Source: an uncultured Chloroflexia bacterium (lineage in GTDB: Bacteria > Chloroflexota > UBA6077 > JACCZL01). From it: a stretch of 64,000 bases of DNA. Shown piece by piece: positions 41,983 to 52,385 of this stretch. Position numbers and translations under genes: made by a program. Each line of letters begins with the position of its first letter. Position 1 is the stretch's first letter. The notes under the pieces were generated by a model that saw only the letters and a program-made list of their open reading frames with translations, ran no database searches and was not told where the DNA came from. The DNA lies in contig CAVXYC010000014.1 of the NCBI GenBank assembly GCA_963765765.1, positions 160,001 through 224,000 on the forward strand, given 5' to 3'.

Positions 41983-43456
41983 GCCAGCCCCGCCTCGATC
42001 TCACTGACAAGCGGCGTCATATCGAGTCCATCGAAACCGAGAAATCGCGCCAGCTCATCTGCCGTATAACGCTGTCCTTCGCGCCAGCGGTCGCGCAGAA
42101 ACGCCCCGGCGCGGGGATGACGGAACCATTCTTCGTCGTATTCGCGCCGCAGGAAATCTTTGAAGAGCGCTTCCAGTGTCCAGGCACGCATGTACTGGGC
42201 GGAGTAAAACGCGCTGTCCACGTCGCTCAGGAACTCTTCTGGCGCGTAGTTCACCATGCAGGTGGTGGGTGAAGAAATCGGCGTAGTACTCGGCCATCGA
42301 CTCGACGTCCGAAGCGCGATGAAGCTCCTGCTCGTACAGGATCTTCACGGCGTAGCGGCGTAGCATGTACAGCTTCTGGAACATGCTCAGCGTGAGATAG
42401 TCGCTTGGCTCGTTGAACTGAAGCCGATGCCGCAGCCAGGCACGATCCGTGGTCAAGTACTGGAGCTGAAAGGCGAATGATTCAGTGACCGAGTTATCGC
42501 CCAGCCACTTGAAGGCAAATGGGAGACTCGGATCCATGTTGGCAAAGTGCTCAGCATGCCCGCCCTCGTGCAGCAGCGTCTCGTAATCGCTGAAGCCCCC
42601 GCGAGGCATGATCACCAGCCGGACGTCACTTGGAATGCTAATCGGCGCACAGAACGCCCGCGGTGACTTGGTGGGGCGGGCATCAGTATCTAGGCGGATA
42701 CTGGTCTGATCCTCCAGCCGCAACCCCAGGTCCAGCAGCGTCTGGTAGAGCATGGCTATGAGGCCGTCTCGCGGGAAATAGGCATCGTATCGAGGCGCCC
42801 TGAATGCCCAGGCCAGATCGCACTTGGCGGCATCACCCGGATCCACCTCCGCATCGCCCAGCACCTGCCGCAGACCGGATTCGTACAGGTTCGCGGTGTC
42901 AGCCAGAAATTTCTCGAGGCGAACGCTCAGCCCCGCGAGGTCGAGTCCGCGGAGCGAATCCCACATCGCCACGTAGTCCGTGAAATCCAGCTCCTGGGCT
43001 AGATCGCGCGATGCTTCCTCGCGATCGATGTACAGGCGATTGTGCTGACCCGTTTCAGCAAGCCAGCGCTTCCATAGCTCGCGGCGCCGCTCCGGGTCGG
43101 CCTCGTTGGTCCAGCGAACCGGCGTCGTTCGATATGCGACAGCCTCGCCATCCCAATCAATGACCGCGGCGGATTCGATCTCCGCGATCTCTTCCGAGAG
43201 CTGCTTAGACCCGGTTTCCCTGCAGCCCGTCGGCGATGAAATCCAACAGGAATCGGCGCTGCTTGTCATCGAGCGTCTGCTCATCGAGCTCGCGCATCTC
43301 CTGGTACGTGTCCACCTGAAACAGATGGGCGAAGGTGTCATAAATGGGCGTCATGTCCAGGGTCGGCTTGAGACCGGCGCCATGGAGATAGTGCTCACGC
43401 GTGATGGCGCTGTTGAACCGCTCGGCGTCGCGCTCGAAAGCGGCGAGATTCAGCAT
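41979..43456 (-). CDS. Uncharacterised gluzincin (M3/M32-like) metallopeptidase (frameshifts near 42260 and 43210)
   Basis: [20 protein letters not shown], downstream VTESFAF; three ORFs join; ATGA overlap with moaC. Confidence 0.7.
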
Positions 43457-43536
43457 GCTGGCAATCCTTCACAAGCAGTACTGGCCTAAGCATACGGGAG
43501 AAGCCCTACGGCGCTTGGCGTATCATTGGCCGCGAT

Positions 43537-44623
43537 ATGCGCGTCGAGGCAATCGTCCGAGATCCCGAGCTGCATCGCCTCCCGGCGCTCGCCGAACGGT
43601 TGGAGCGACTGGGGTTCGATGGCCTGTCGATCCCGGAGGTCAAGCGCGACCCATTCGTACTCGCGGGGCAGGCCGGCAGCGCGTCTTCTTCGCTCCGGAT
43701 TGCCACCGGAGTGGCGCTGGCCTTCCCTCGCAGTCCAACTCTCACCGCCTACAGCGCGCGCACGATCCACGATCTCACGGGAGGTCGATTTGTCCTGGGC
43801 CTGGGGACACAGGTTCGCGGGCACATCGAACGGCGCTTCGGCGTTCATTGGACTGCACCCGTGCAGCGCCTGCGCGAGTATATCGGGGTGGTGCGAGCGG
43901 TCTGGCGAAGCGTGGGACGCTGGCGATGGTACTCACTTCGATGGTCAGCACTATCGCGTCAGCTTGATGACTCCGGAGTTCAGCCCACCACCTAACGCCA
44001 ACGGGATGATCCCGATTCACATCGGCGCAGTCAACGTCCACATGCTGCGGCTGGCTGGTGAGGCCTGCGACGGTGTGCGCCTACATCCGTTCTGCACGCC
44101 GCGATATCTGCAAGAGGTGGCACTGCCAAACCTGGCTTCGGGAGCCGAGGGCAGCGGACGCCCGCTCTCAGCGCTCGAGATTGTCAGTGGTGGGTTCATT
44201 GCCACCGGACCGGACGAACAGACGGTAGTGACCACTCGTGAAGAGATCCGCCGGCAAATAGCGTTCTACGCATCCACTCGCGGGTACGCTCCGGTGCTGG
44301 AGCTACACGGTTGGAGTGAGCTCGGCGGCGAGCTTCGTCGGCTTATTGCCCAGCAGCGCTGGTCCGAGATGGCCTCGCTGATATCGGACGAGATGCTGGA
44401 CGCATTCGCCGTGGCTGGAACCTACGAGCACGTCGCCCCTCTGGTGAACGCAAGGCTTGGCGGTCTGGTTGACACGCTATCACTCAACGTGCCTGCTGAT
44501 GAAGCGCACGATGAGGCCTTCGCCAGTCTGGTGCGGGAGCTCCAACGGATTCCTGGACGAGCCGGTCAGCCGGCTCCAGCGCAAGGCGCGCTCCGCGCCC
44601 GGTTTCCTCATGGTGGCTGCTAG
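43537..44623 (+). CDS. LLM-class F420-dependent oxidoreductase (TIGR03617-like) (frameshift near 43910)
   Basis: LGFDG...E...DPF, ALAFPRSP, GRFVLGLGTQVRGHIERRFG, LMTPEF, HPF.T..Y, QIAFYASTRGY..VLELHGW. Confidence 0.9.
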
Positions 44624-44646
44624 AATCGAAGCGTGAGGCGCTGGGC

Positions 44647-45919
44647 ATGACGTCACCAATCGCAGGTACGGACCCGCACTCGGGAAAGCCGAGGGAGCTG
44701 TTCAACGTCTTGCCGCCGCCGGACGCGTTACGTCGCCTCCTCGAGCACCTCCCCACCCGCCAGGCAGCCGAGCACATTCGAACCGCTGATGCGCTTGACC
44801 GCGTGCTTGCCGAAGACCTCGTCTCGCCCGAGGATCTTCCATCGTTTCCGCGTTCCACGATGGATGGGTTCGCCGTCCGCGCCGCCGATACGTACGGTGC
44901 CAGTGAAGGGCTACCCGCGTACCTGGACATCGTGGGCGAAGTGCTCATGGGTCGCAGCCCAAGCGTCACACTGAATGTTGGTGAGGCTGCCCGCATTGCC
45001 ACCGGCGGCATGGTGCCCGCGGGCGCCGATGCCGTGGTGATGATTGAGCAGACGCAGGAAGCATCTGGTTCGCTCGTCGAGGTTCTGCGACCCGTTGCCG
45101 TAGGCGAGAACGTGATCCAGATCGGCGAGGACGTCACGCGCGGCGCCCCCTTATTGGCGCGTGGCCACACCCTGCGGTCCCAGGACATCGGTGGATTGCT
45201 GGCCATGGGCGCAACTGAAGTCCCCGTAGCCAGAAAGGCGCGCGTCGCCATCATCTCCAGCGGAGATGAGGTTGTGGCACCGGATCAAGCGCCCGCGCCC
45301 GGGCCAGATTCGGGACATCAACAGTTACACACTCGCGTCGTTGGTGCGGCGCGCAGGACACGACCCAGACATCCTTGGCATCGTCCCGGACGTCTACGAG
45401 CAGCTCGAGGAGGCGGCTCAGCACGCCTTGCGAGATCACGACATGCTGATCCTTTCCGCCGGCAGCTCGGTCAGCACGCGTGATATGACCGCGGACGTCA
45501 TCGCCTCACTGGGCTCGCCCGGGGTGCTCGTGCACGGTGTCTCTCTCAGGCCAGGAAAGCCAACCATTCTGGCTGTGGCGGATGGCAAACCGGTGTTCGG
45601 CCTACCCGGCAACCCGGTCTCGTGCATGGTGACCTTCGACCTGTTCGTAGCGCCCTCGCTCGCCCATATCACCGGTCAGACCGAGGTCCCGCGTATCACC
45701 CGTCGGGCACGATTGACGAAAAACATCGCATCCGCATCGGGGCGTGAGGACTACGTGCAGGTGCGACTTACAGAGCGTGATGGCGAGCCATGGGCGGACC
45801 CGGTCTTCGGCAAATCCAACCTGATCTACACACTCGTCCGCTCCGATGGCATGGTGAAAGTGGAGCTGAATCAGGGAGGACTGGTGGAGGGCGCATGGGT
45901 GGATGTGATCCTGTTCTGA
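44647..45919 (+). CDS. moeA: Molybdopterin molybdotransferase (gephyrin/Glp) (frameshift near 45300)
   Basis: RSTMDGFAVR, IATGGMVPAGADAVVMIE, SSGDE, QIRDIN, PGKPT, LPGNPVS, GREDYV. Confidence 0.93.
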
Positions 45920-45994
45920 GCCACGTCTGCCGCGGCGGGGCGCTCACAGAAGTAGGTGCTGTTGTCCAGGGAGCGTCTGACGGTCTGTTCACGA

Positions 45995-46105
45995 GGGGAC
46001 CCCACCCCGGCCCTCCCCGCTGCGGCAGGGAGGGAGCGTCGTTTACGGTAAACACGAGCTCCGGCTCCTCCTGCCGCAGCGGGGAGGGCTGGGGTGGGGT
46101 TCCCC
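45995..46105. repeat. REP-like inverted doublet (CCCCACCCCGGCCCTCCCC family)
   Basis: ACCCCACCCCGGCCCTCCCCGCTGCGGCAGG ... CCTGCCGCAGCGGGGAGGGCTGGGGTGGGGT; a related single unit lies near 19964-19998. Confidence 0.7.
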
Positions 46106-46209
46106 CGCAAGGTTGCTACGGTCTGAAGCACGTATACCTACCTCACTTCTCCCACCAAGTAAAGCCTCAGCCGGTCGTCGCTTTCACTCGAACGAATCGA
46201 TTACGGACC

Positions 46210-48132
46210 ATGCACGGTAAGCCGTACCTCGAAGACATTCCGCTAGACGAGGCGCGCAGGCGCCTCGATGGAGCGCTCAACCGCGCAGGCGGCGCCCTGA
46301 TGTCGGGTGAAGTCATACCGCTCCAGGAGGCCCTCGGGCGCGTCACTGCCGAGCCAGTGTGGGCAGCTATCTCGTCGCCGCACTATCACGGCGCCGCGAT
46401 GGACGGCGTAGCGGTCAGGGCGCTCGAGACACTGGGCGCTACGGAGTCGCACCCCCTCGCACTCACACTGGGCCGCCAGGCGCACTGGGTGGACACCGGC
46501 GACCCGCTCCCTGAAGGTACGGACGCGGTCATCATGTTGGAGCATCTCCAGCAGATCGGCCACGAGGCGGTGGAGATCATGGCTGCCGTGCCGCCGTGGC
46601 AGCATGTGCGCTCCATGGGTGAGGACATCGTTGCCACGGAGCTGGTCTTGCCACAGGGTCATCTTTTGCGCCCGGCCGACCTGGGAGCCATCGCCGCGTG
46701 TGGCAATACGTCGGTGACGGTTCGCCGCAAACCACGCGTCGCCATCATGCCAACGGGCACCGAGCTCGTCCCGCCAAGTCCGGATGTCAAGCCAGGCGAG
46801 ATCATCGAGTTCAATTCGCTCATCCTGGCCGGCCAGATTACCGAGTGGGGCGGAATCCCAACCCGCCTGCCGGTGACGACCGATGATCGCGCGGCGCTTC
46901 GCGCGCGGCTCGTCGAGGCAGTTGACCAGCATGACGTGGTTCTGGTCAACGCGGGTTCTTCGGCGGGATCGGAAGACTACACGGCAGGCCTGGTGGAGGA
47001 GCTGGGCGAGCTTCTGGTCCATGGAGTGGCCGTGCGTCCGGGGCATCCTGTCATCCTGGGTGTCATCCAGGGCAAGCCAGTGATCGGGATTCCCGGCTAC
47101 CCGGTGTCGGCGACGCTCACCAACGATCTCTTTGTGCGACCACTGATGGCGCGGCTCCTGGGAATCCAGCCCACGGCCCGCCCCCGTCGCACCGCCACGA
47201 TGACTCGCAAGGTGCTCTCGCCCATGGGTGAAGACGAGTTCTTGCGCGTGAACCTCGGTGTTGTAGGCGGCAAGACGATGGCAACGCCGCTCCAGCGCGG
47301 CGCCGGCGTGATCATGTCGCTGGTTCGTGCCGACGGCATCGTGACCCTCCCACGCTTCTCCGAAGGGGTGCACGCCGGACAGGAAGTAGAAGTTGAGCTC
47401 TTCCGAACGCCGGAAGAGATCGAGCGCACGATCGTCGTCATTGGAAGCCACGATCTCACGCTCGACCTCATCTCCAGCGAGCTCGCCGTACGAGCGGGCG
47501 GGCTGAGCCTCTCATCCTCGAACGTCGGCAGCCTGGGCGGGCTGCTCGCGCTACAGCGAGGTGAAGCGCATCTGGCAGGATCTCATCTTCTGGACGAAGA
47601 GACCGGCGAGTACAACTTTTCCTACATTCGGAAATACATCCCGAATCTCCCCGTGACCGTGGTCAATCTGGTCTTCCGTGAGCAAGGTCTGATCGTACCG
47701 CGAGGCAATCCTCAGGAGCTCGCCCAGGTGCAGGATTTAGCACGCGAAGGCATTCGCTTCGTGAATCGTCAGCGCGGGTCCGGAACGCGAGTGCTCCTGG
47801 ACTATCGACTCAAGGAGCTGGGCATCGATCCGTCGAGCATCGATGGCTACGACCGCGAAGAGTTCACGCACCTGATGGTGGCGGCTTCAGTGGCCGGCAG
47901 TACCGCCGATGTCGGCCTGGGCATTCTGGCCGCGGCGCGCGCGCTGAACCTTGACTTTATCCCGCTGCTCCAGGAGCGTTACGACCTCATCATCCCAACC
48001 GAGCACTATGAAAGCGATCTGCTCCAGCCGCTGCTGGCACTCATTCGCGACGTATCATTCCAATCGCGCGTCGAGGCCCTCGGAGGGTACGACACGTCCC
48101 GTATGGGGCAAGTCATAAGGAGTGATGAGTGA
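46210..48132 (+). CDS. MoeA fused to a PBP/LysR-substrate-binding-like domain
   Basis: AAMDGVAV, PTGTE, PGHP, PGYPVSA, then IGSHD, VGSLGGL, AGSHLLD, FVNRQRGSGTRVLLD, ERYD; start placed at ATG 46210. Confidence 0.92.
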   Translation: MHGKPYLEDIPLDEARRRLDGALNRAGGALMSGEVIPLQEALGRVTAEPVWAAISSPHYHGAAMDGVAVRALETLGATESHPLALTLGRQAHWVDTGDPLPEGTDAVIMLEHLQQIGHEAVEIMAAVPPWQHVRSMGEDIVATELVLPQGHLLRPADLGAIAACGNTSVTVRRKPRVAIMPTGTELVPPSPDVKPGEIIEFNSLILAGQITEWGGIPTRLPVTTDDRAALRARLVEAVDQHDVVLVNAGSSAGSEDYTAGLVEELGELLVHGVAVRPGHPVILGVIQGKPVIGIPGYPVSATLTNDLFVRPLMARLLGIQPTARPRRTATMTRKVLSPMGEDEFLRVNLGVVGGKTMATPLQRGAGVIMSLVRADGIVTLPRFSEGVHAGQEVEVELFRTPEEIERTIVVIGSHDLTLDLISSELAVRAGGLSLSSSNVGSLGGLLALQRGEAHLAGSHLLDEETGEYNFSYIRKYIPNLPVTVVNLVFREQGLIVPRGNPQELAQVQDLAREGIRFVNRQRGSGTRVLLDYRLKELGIDPSSIDGYDREEFTHLMVAASVAGSTADVGLGILAAARALNLDFIPLLQERYDLIIPTEHYESDLLQPLLALIRDVSFQSRVEALGGYDTSRMGQVIRSDE

Positions 48133-48191
48133 TGGGTCATGAGTGATGAGTCACTCGCGACCTCATCACTCATGACCCATCACTCATCACT
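48121..48191. repeat. Perfect 30-bp inverted repeat built from TGATGAG/TGATGGG heptamers
   Basis: AGTGATGAGTGATGGGTCATGAGTGATGAG-11 nt-exact reverse complement; contains the upstream gene's stop codon. Confidence 0.85.
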
Positions 48192-48208
48192 ATCTTGAGG
48201 GAGCGCTC

Positions 48209-49621
48209 GTGGATGACCAGCTAGATCTCGTCGTTATTGGAGCTGGGCCGGGCGGGTATGTGGCCGCGATTCGTGCGGCTCAGCTCGGCATGCGCGCCAC
48301 AGTAGTTGAGCGAGACGAGCTGGGCGGCGTGTGCCTCAACCGTGGCTGTATTCCGACCAAGGCGATGCTGCGCAGCGCTGACGTGTTCACGACCATGCAG
48401 CACGCCAGCGATTACGGCGTCTTGGCAGATAACGTTCGGCTGGACTACGCGTCGGTAGTAAAGCGCCGTGAAAAGGTGGTGAAGCAGCTCACCGGCGGCG
48501 TGGGGGCACTTCTCCAGGGCAACAACGTGCCAGTAATCAAAGGCTCCGCTCGGCTCGACGGACGCAGCGTCGTGGTGACCGCCGCGGACGGCGAGCAGCA
48601 GACGATCGCCGCTCGAAATATCATGCTGGCCACGGGCTCGGTCCCGGCTACGCCACCCATACCAGGCGCGGACGGAAACAGAGTGATCGACTCGGACGGT
48701 GCTCTACTGCTCGACCACGTCCCGGCCAGCGTGCTGGTGATTGGCGGCGGCGCCGTGGGCTCAGAATGGGCCAACATCTTCCACAGCTTTGGCGCCTCGG
48801 TCACGCTGGTCGAGATGCTGCCGACGCTCCTCCCGGTCGAAGACGAGGACATGGGCAAAATGCTGGCACGCAGTTTCAGCCGTCGCGGCATCACCGTGCA
48901 CACCGGCGCAAAGCTCCTGGAGATCCTGGATGCGGACGACGGCCAAAAGGTCGGAGTCATCGAGCTGAAGGACGGTCAGCAGACTCGAGTCTCCGCCGAG
49001 TACGTCATGATCGGCATCGGCCGCCGGCCCAATACTGCCGGGCTCGGCCTCGAATCAGCGGGTGTAACGACAGACCGCCGCGGGTTCGTGGAAGTGGACG
49101 ACCACTTGCGCACCAATGTGCCAAACATCGTCGCTATCGGGGATTTAACTGGCAAACAGCTTCTCGCCCACCTTGCATCGCATCAGGGCGTGGTGGCCGC
49201 CGAGAACCTGGCCGGGCACGAGAAGACCATGGATTATCGAGTAGTGCCCTCGTGTACCTTCACCCACCCCGAGGTGGCCACGGTGGGTCTCAGCGAGGTC
49301 GCCGCGCGAAATGCAGGTTATGACGTGCGGGTGGGCACATTCCCGTTCCAGGCCAGCGGCCGAGCCATGACCTACGGCGAGACGGAAGGCATGGTCAAGG
49401 TCGTTTCGGAATCAAAGTACGGCGAGCTTCTGGGCATGCACATCATCGGCGCGAACGCCAGCGATCTCATCCATGAGGCCGCGTTGGGCATTCGTCTCGA
49501 GGCCACGCTGGACGATCTCGCGGACACGATACATGCGCATCCATCGCTTGCTGAATCGATCCATGAGGCCACTCTGGCCGCCTGCGGCAGCCCGATCCAC
49601 CTTCCGCCACGACGACGCTGA
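48209..49621 (+). CDS. lpdA: Dihydrolipoyl dehydrogenase
   Basis: GAGPGGYVAAIRAAQLG, GGVCLNRGCIPTK, HAHPSLAE. Confidence 0.96.
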   Translation: MDDQLDLVVIGAGPGGYVAAIRAAQLGMRATVVERDELGGVCLNRGCIPTKAMLRSADVFTTMQHASDYGVLADNVRLDYASVVKRREKVVKQLTGGVGALLQGNNVPVIKGSARLDGRSVVVTAADGEQQTIAARNIMLATGSVPATPPIPGADGNRVIDSDGALLLDHVPASVLVIGGGAVGSEWANIFHSFGASVTLVEMLPTLLPVEDEDMGKMLARSFSRRGITVHTGAKLLEILDADDGQKVGVIELKDGQQTRVSAEYVMIGIGRRPNTAGLGLESAGVTTDRRGFVEVDDHLRTNVPNIVAIGDLTGKQLLAHLASHQGVVAAENLAGHEKTMDYRVVPSCTFTHPEVATVGLSEVAARNAGYDVRVGTFPFQASGRAMTYGETEGMVKVVSESKYGELLGMHIIGANASDLIHEAALGIRLEATLDDLADTIHAHPSLAESIHEATLAACGSPIHLPPRRR

Positions 49622-50313
49622 TGCTGCGCGTCATCGATCTCGGTCAGATCGACTTCGATTCGGCCTTTGCACTACAAGAGCGCCTTCTCGCGGAGCGCGA
49701 CGCGGAGATAATTCCAGACACGCTGCTCCTGCTCGAGCATCCACCGACGATTACGATCGGTCGACGGGGCAGCGAGGCCGATGTCTGGGCTTCACCAGCA
49801 GCACTGGAATCGGCTGACATCGTCATCCGATCCACGAATCGCGGAGGGCTCGTCACCTATCATGGACCGGGTCAGGTGGTGGGCTATCTCATTTCCCGGC
49901 TGGCCAGCTTCGCAGGCAACGCCCCGGCTCTCGTGCATGGTTTGGAAGACGGGATCATCAAGACACTCGCGCAGTTCGGCATCGAAGCGTTTCGATATCC
50001 CCATCACCGCGGGGTTTTTACGGAGGCGGGAAAGATCGCGGCCGTCGGCCTGGGAGTACGCCGCGGGATCACCATGCATGGCTTTGCCCTGAACCGTGAG
50101 CCCAATCTCGGGCATTTCGCGCTGATCAATCCGTGTGGCCTGGCCGATCTCGGCGTGACATCGATGGAGCGACTGCTCGGCGCCGCGCCCGACGGGCGGG
50201 GCGTAAACGACGCGCTCGCATTCCACATGGGCGCGGTGTTCAACCAGGAGATTACCCGCGCCGACGCCCTTGCGGGAGCGCTCGCCCAGGCTTCGCAGAG
50301 CCGCATCCCGTGA
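49621..50313 (+). CDS. lipB: Lipoyl(octanoyl) transferase
   Basis: LLEHPPTIT.G, RGGLVTYHGPGQ, KIAAVG, HGFALN, INPCG. Confidence 0.93.
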   Translation: MLRVIDLGQIDFDSAFALQERLLAERDAEIIPDTLLLLEHPPTITIGRRGSEADVWASPAALESADIVIRSTNRGGLVTYHGPGQVVGYLISRLASFAGNAPALVHGLEDGIIKTLAQFGIEAFRYPHHRGVFTEAGKIAAVGLGVRRGITMHGFALNREPNLGHFALINPCGLADLGVTSMERLLGAAPDGRGVNDALAFHMGAVFNQEITRADALAGALAQASQSRIP

Positions 50314-50396
50314 GGGTGCGGTCCTTCCGCATATTCTCGTCTGAGGGCGCTGGATTGGCGGCAGAGGAACCGCACCCTCACGGGATGCGGCTCTGC
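50295..50396. repeat. REPIN-like perfect 28-bp inverted doublet
   Basis: GCAGAGCCGCATCCCGTGAGGGTGCGGT ... ACCGCACCCTCACGGGATGCGGCTCTGC; a degenerate single copy lies at about 40387-40416. Confidence 0.8.
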
Positions 50397-50448
50397 CGGA
50401 TCAGTGAATCCATCAGGCCGCGCAATTTTCTAGTAAAATACTAGGGAA

Positions 50449-51678
50449 ATGCCATTTGGACCACTGGCCAACCTGCCGATCTTCGGGAAGCGTGCGGGCA
50501 AGACGCCCCCCGAAACCAACGAGCTCAAGGCCCCCGAGAGGACGAGCGCACCCATGACGCAAGCTGCTGAAACCGCCGAAACCGGGCGCGAGAGTGAGGT
50601 GCTCCAGGCGTTGGGCACCATCCAGGATCCCGACCTGCATCGCGATATCGTCTCACTCGGATTCATCAAGAATCTGGCGATCAATGATGGCGCGGTCAGT
50701 TTCACGATCGAGCTCACGACACCCGCCTGCCCCGTGCGCGATCAAATGCTGGAGTCAGGCAAGTCCGTCGTATCGCGCCTGCCCTGGGTGACCGAAGTGA
50801 GCGTGGAGATGACCGCGCAAACCGTCTCGGGGCGTCGCGGCGCGCAAGGTGAGCTGATTCCCGGCGTGAAGAACGTCTTCGCCATCGCATCGGGAAAGGG
50901 CGGCGTGGGCAAGTCCACCACCAGCGTCAATGTGGCCATGGCCCTGGCGCAGACCGGCGCCAAGGTTGGGCTCCTGGACGGTGACATCTACGGCCCCAAC
51001 GTGCCGCTCATGATGGGCATCAAGGAACGCCCTCAGCTTCATGGCGAAGAAGGCCGCATTGAGCCGATGCAGTCATACGGCGTGAAGCTCATGTCCATCG
51101 GCTTTTTCATCGACGAGGACAACCCGGTCATCTGGCGTGGACCAATGGTGCACGGCGCCATGCAGCAGTTCCTGCGCGACGTAGTCTGGGGTGAGCTGGA
51201 TTACCTGGTCATCGATCTGCCGCCGGGCACAGGCGATGCTCCGCTGAGCCTGGCGCAGCTTATTCCACTTTCGGGAGTCGTCATTGTCACCACTCCGCAG
51301 GACGTAGCGCTCCAGGACGTGGCCAAGGGCATGTCGATGTTCCGTCGACTTGAAGTTCCGGTCATCGGTGTAGTGGAGAACATGAGCTACTTTGTCTGCC
51401 CGAACTGCGACGAGAAGCATGAGATCTTCGGCCAGGGTGGCGGCGAGCGCATTGCCAAGCACTTCGGTGTACCGTTCCTGGGCAAGATCCCACTCCAACC
51501 GCGCGTTCGCGAGGGCGGTGACGCGGGTCAGCCAGTGGTCATCACTCACCCGGACAGTATCGAAGCACAAGCATTTCAGTCGGTAGCCAAGGCCATAGCC
51601 GCGCAGGTCAGTATCCTGGCACTGCAAAAGCAGACCGAGGGGCTGATTCCGATTGACAGCCTGATGATCGAAAAATAG
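50449..51678 (+). CDS. mrp: Mrp/NBP35 (ApbC) Fe-S cluster carrier ATPase
   Basis: LTTPACP, ASGKGGVGKST, DIYGPNVP, WRGPM, DLPPGTGD, VTTPQ, ENMSYFVCPNC. Confidence 0.94.
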   Translation: MPFGPLANLPIFGKRAGKTPPETNELKAPERTSAPMTQAAETAETGRESEVLQALGTIQDPDLHRDIVSLGFIKNLAINDGAVSFTIELTTPACPVRDQMLESGKSVVSRLPWVTEVSVEMTAQTVSGRRGAQGELIPGVKNVFAIASGKGGVGKSTTSVNVAMALAQTGAKVGLLDGDIYGPNVPLMMGIKERPQLHGEEGRIEPMQSYGVKLMSIGFFIDEDNPVIWRGPMVHGAMQQFLRDVVWGELDYLVIDLPPGTGDAPLSLAQLIPLSGVVIVTTPQDVALQDVAKGMSMFRRLEVPVIGVVENMSYFVCPNCDEKHEIFGQGGGERIAKHFGVPFLGKIPLQPRVREGGDAGQPVVITHPDSIEAQAFQSVAKAIAAQVSILALQKQTEGLIPIDSLMIEK

Positions 51679-51751
51679 CCAGCCCCGGGACCGATAGGCG
51701 CTGGGGTTACCGACTCATAGTCTCATCGTCTCATAGGTCCGCTCGCATGGC

Positions 51752-51757
51752 TATACT
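51752..51757 (+). promoter_or_regulatory. -10 element of rnpB
   Basis: TATACT 6 nt before the predicted P1 5' strand. Confidence 0.55.
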
Positions 51758-51763
51758 CTCCAT

Positions 51764-52100
51764 GGACCGTGGAGGAAGCGCGACCGCTCTCTGGATCTCA
51801 CGATTCGGGGAGAGGAAAGTCCAGACAGCGCAGAGCAGGGTGCCCGGTGTAAGCCGGGGTCGGGCAACCGATAGCTAGAGCCACAGAGACTATGACCCGG
51901 GGCGCACGTCCGCGAGGACGGCGCTGCTGGGGGTGAAAAGGGTAATCCTCCCCGCTGCAACCCCAAGCATGACCGCTGAAGCTGCTCGCTAAGGTCAGGG
52001 TAGGGGGCACCCCAACGCAGGTTGGGGGCAGGCGCGGCAACGCGCTTCGCAGATAGATGGTCGCATCCAACAAAATCTGGCTTACTCTCCTCCGCGGTCC
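51764..52100 (+). ncRNA. rnpB: RNase P RNA (lacks P13/P14, Chloroflexota-like)
   Basis: GAGGAAAGUCCAGA ... AACAAAAUCUGGCUUAC (P4), CACAGAGA, GGUGAAA, AGAUAGAU; P1 GGACCGUGGAGGA/UCCUCCGCGGUCC; P8 and P9 with GUAA and GCAA loops. Confidence 0.95.
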
Positions 52101-52385
52101 ATTTTCCCTACCCGGAATAGTCCTTTTGGGTCCCTGACTCGAACGCAACCATCTAAGCCGTGTCTCGTTCACCAGCCGTACGAACTTTCGCCAGTACTGA
52201 AGAAACGTCCCAATCTCCACGGTGGAAACGTTCTCCAATGTACTGACGACTCCGTAACTCAGGTGTGACATTCGGCTGTTGCCCCACACTCGTATGGGCA
52301 ACTACCCTGTTGGGGCGGGAAGCACTGTGCTAATACATCCCGACCCAACAGGGGCGTCAATTCTCAGAGGTGGACCCAGCGTACC

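Noticed and set aside
45790-46209. 140-aa N-terminal extension of the MoeA-PBP protein
   Set aside because: It is a translation of the moeA 3' end and a REP-like palindrome; homology begins at ATG 46210
46243-47451. Long antisense ORFs (402 aa here; also 26217-27002 and others)
   Set aside because: Shadow frames of well-supported GC-rich genes with no recognisable motifs
48121-48191. Short repeats as a possible CRISPR array
   Set aside because: Tandem heptamers in a hairpin with no unique spacers and no cas genes
52278-52352. c-di-AMP (ydaO) riboswitch ahead of the wall peptidase
   Set aside because: Lacks GCUGAAUCC and CAGCUAAC consensus segments
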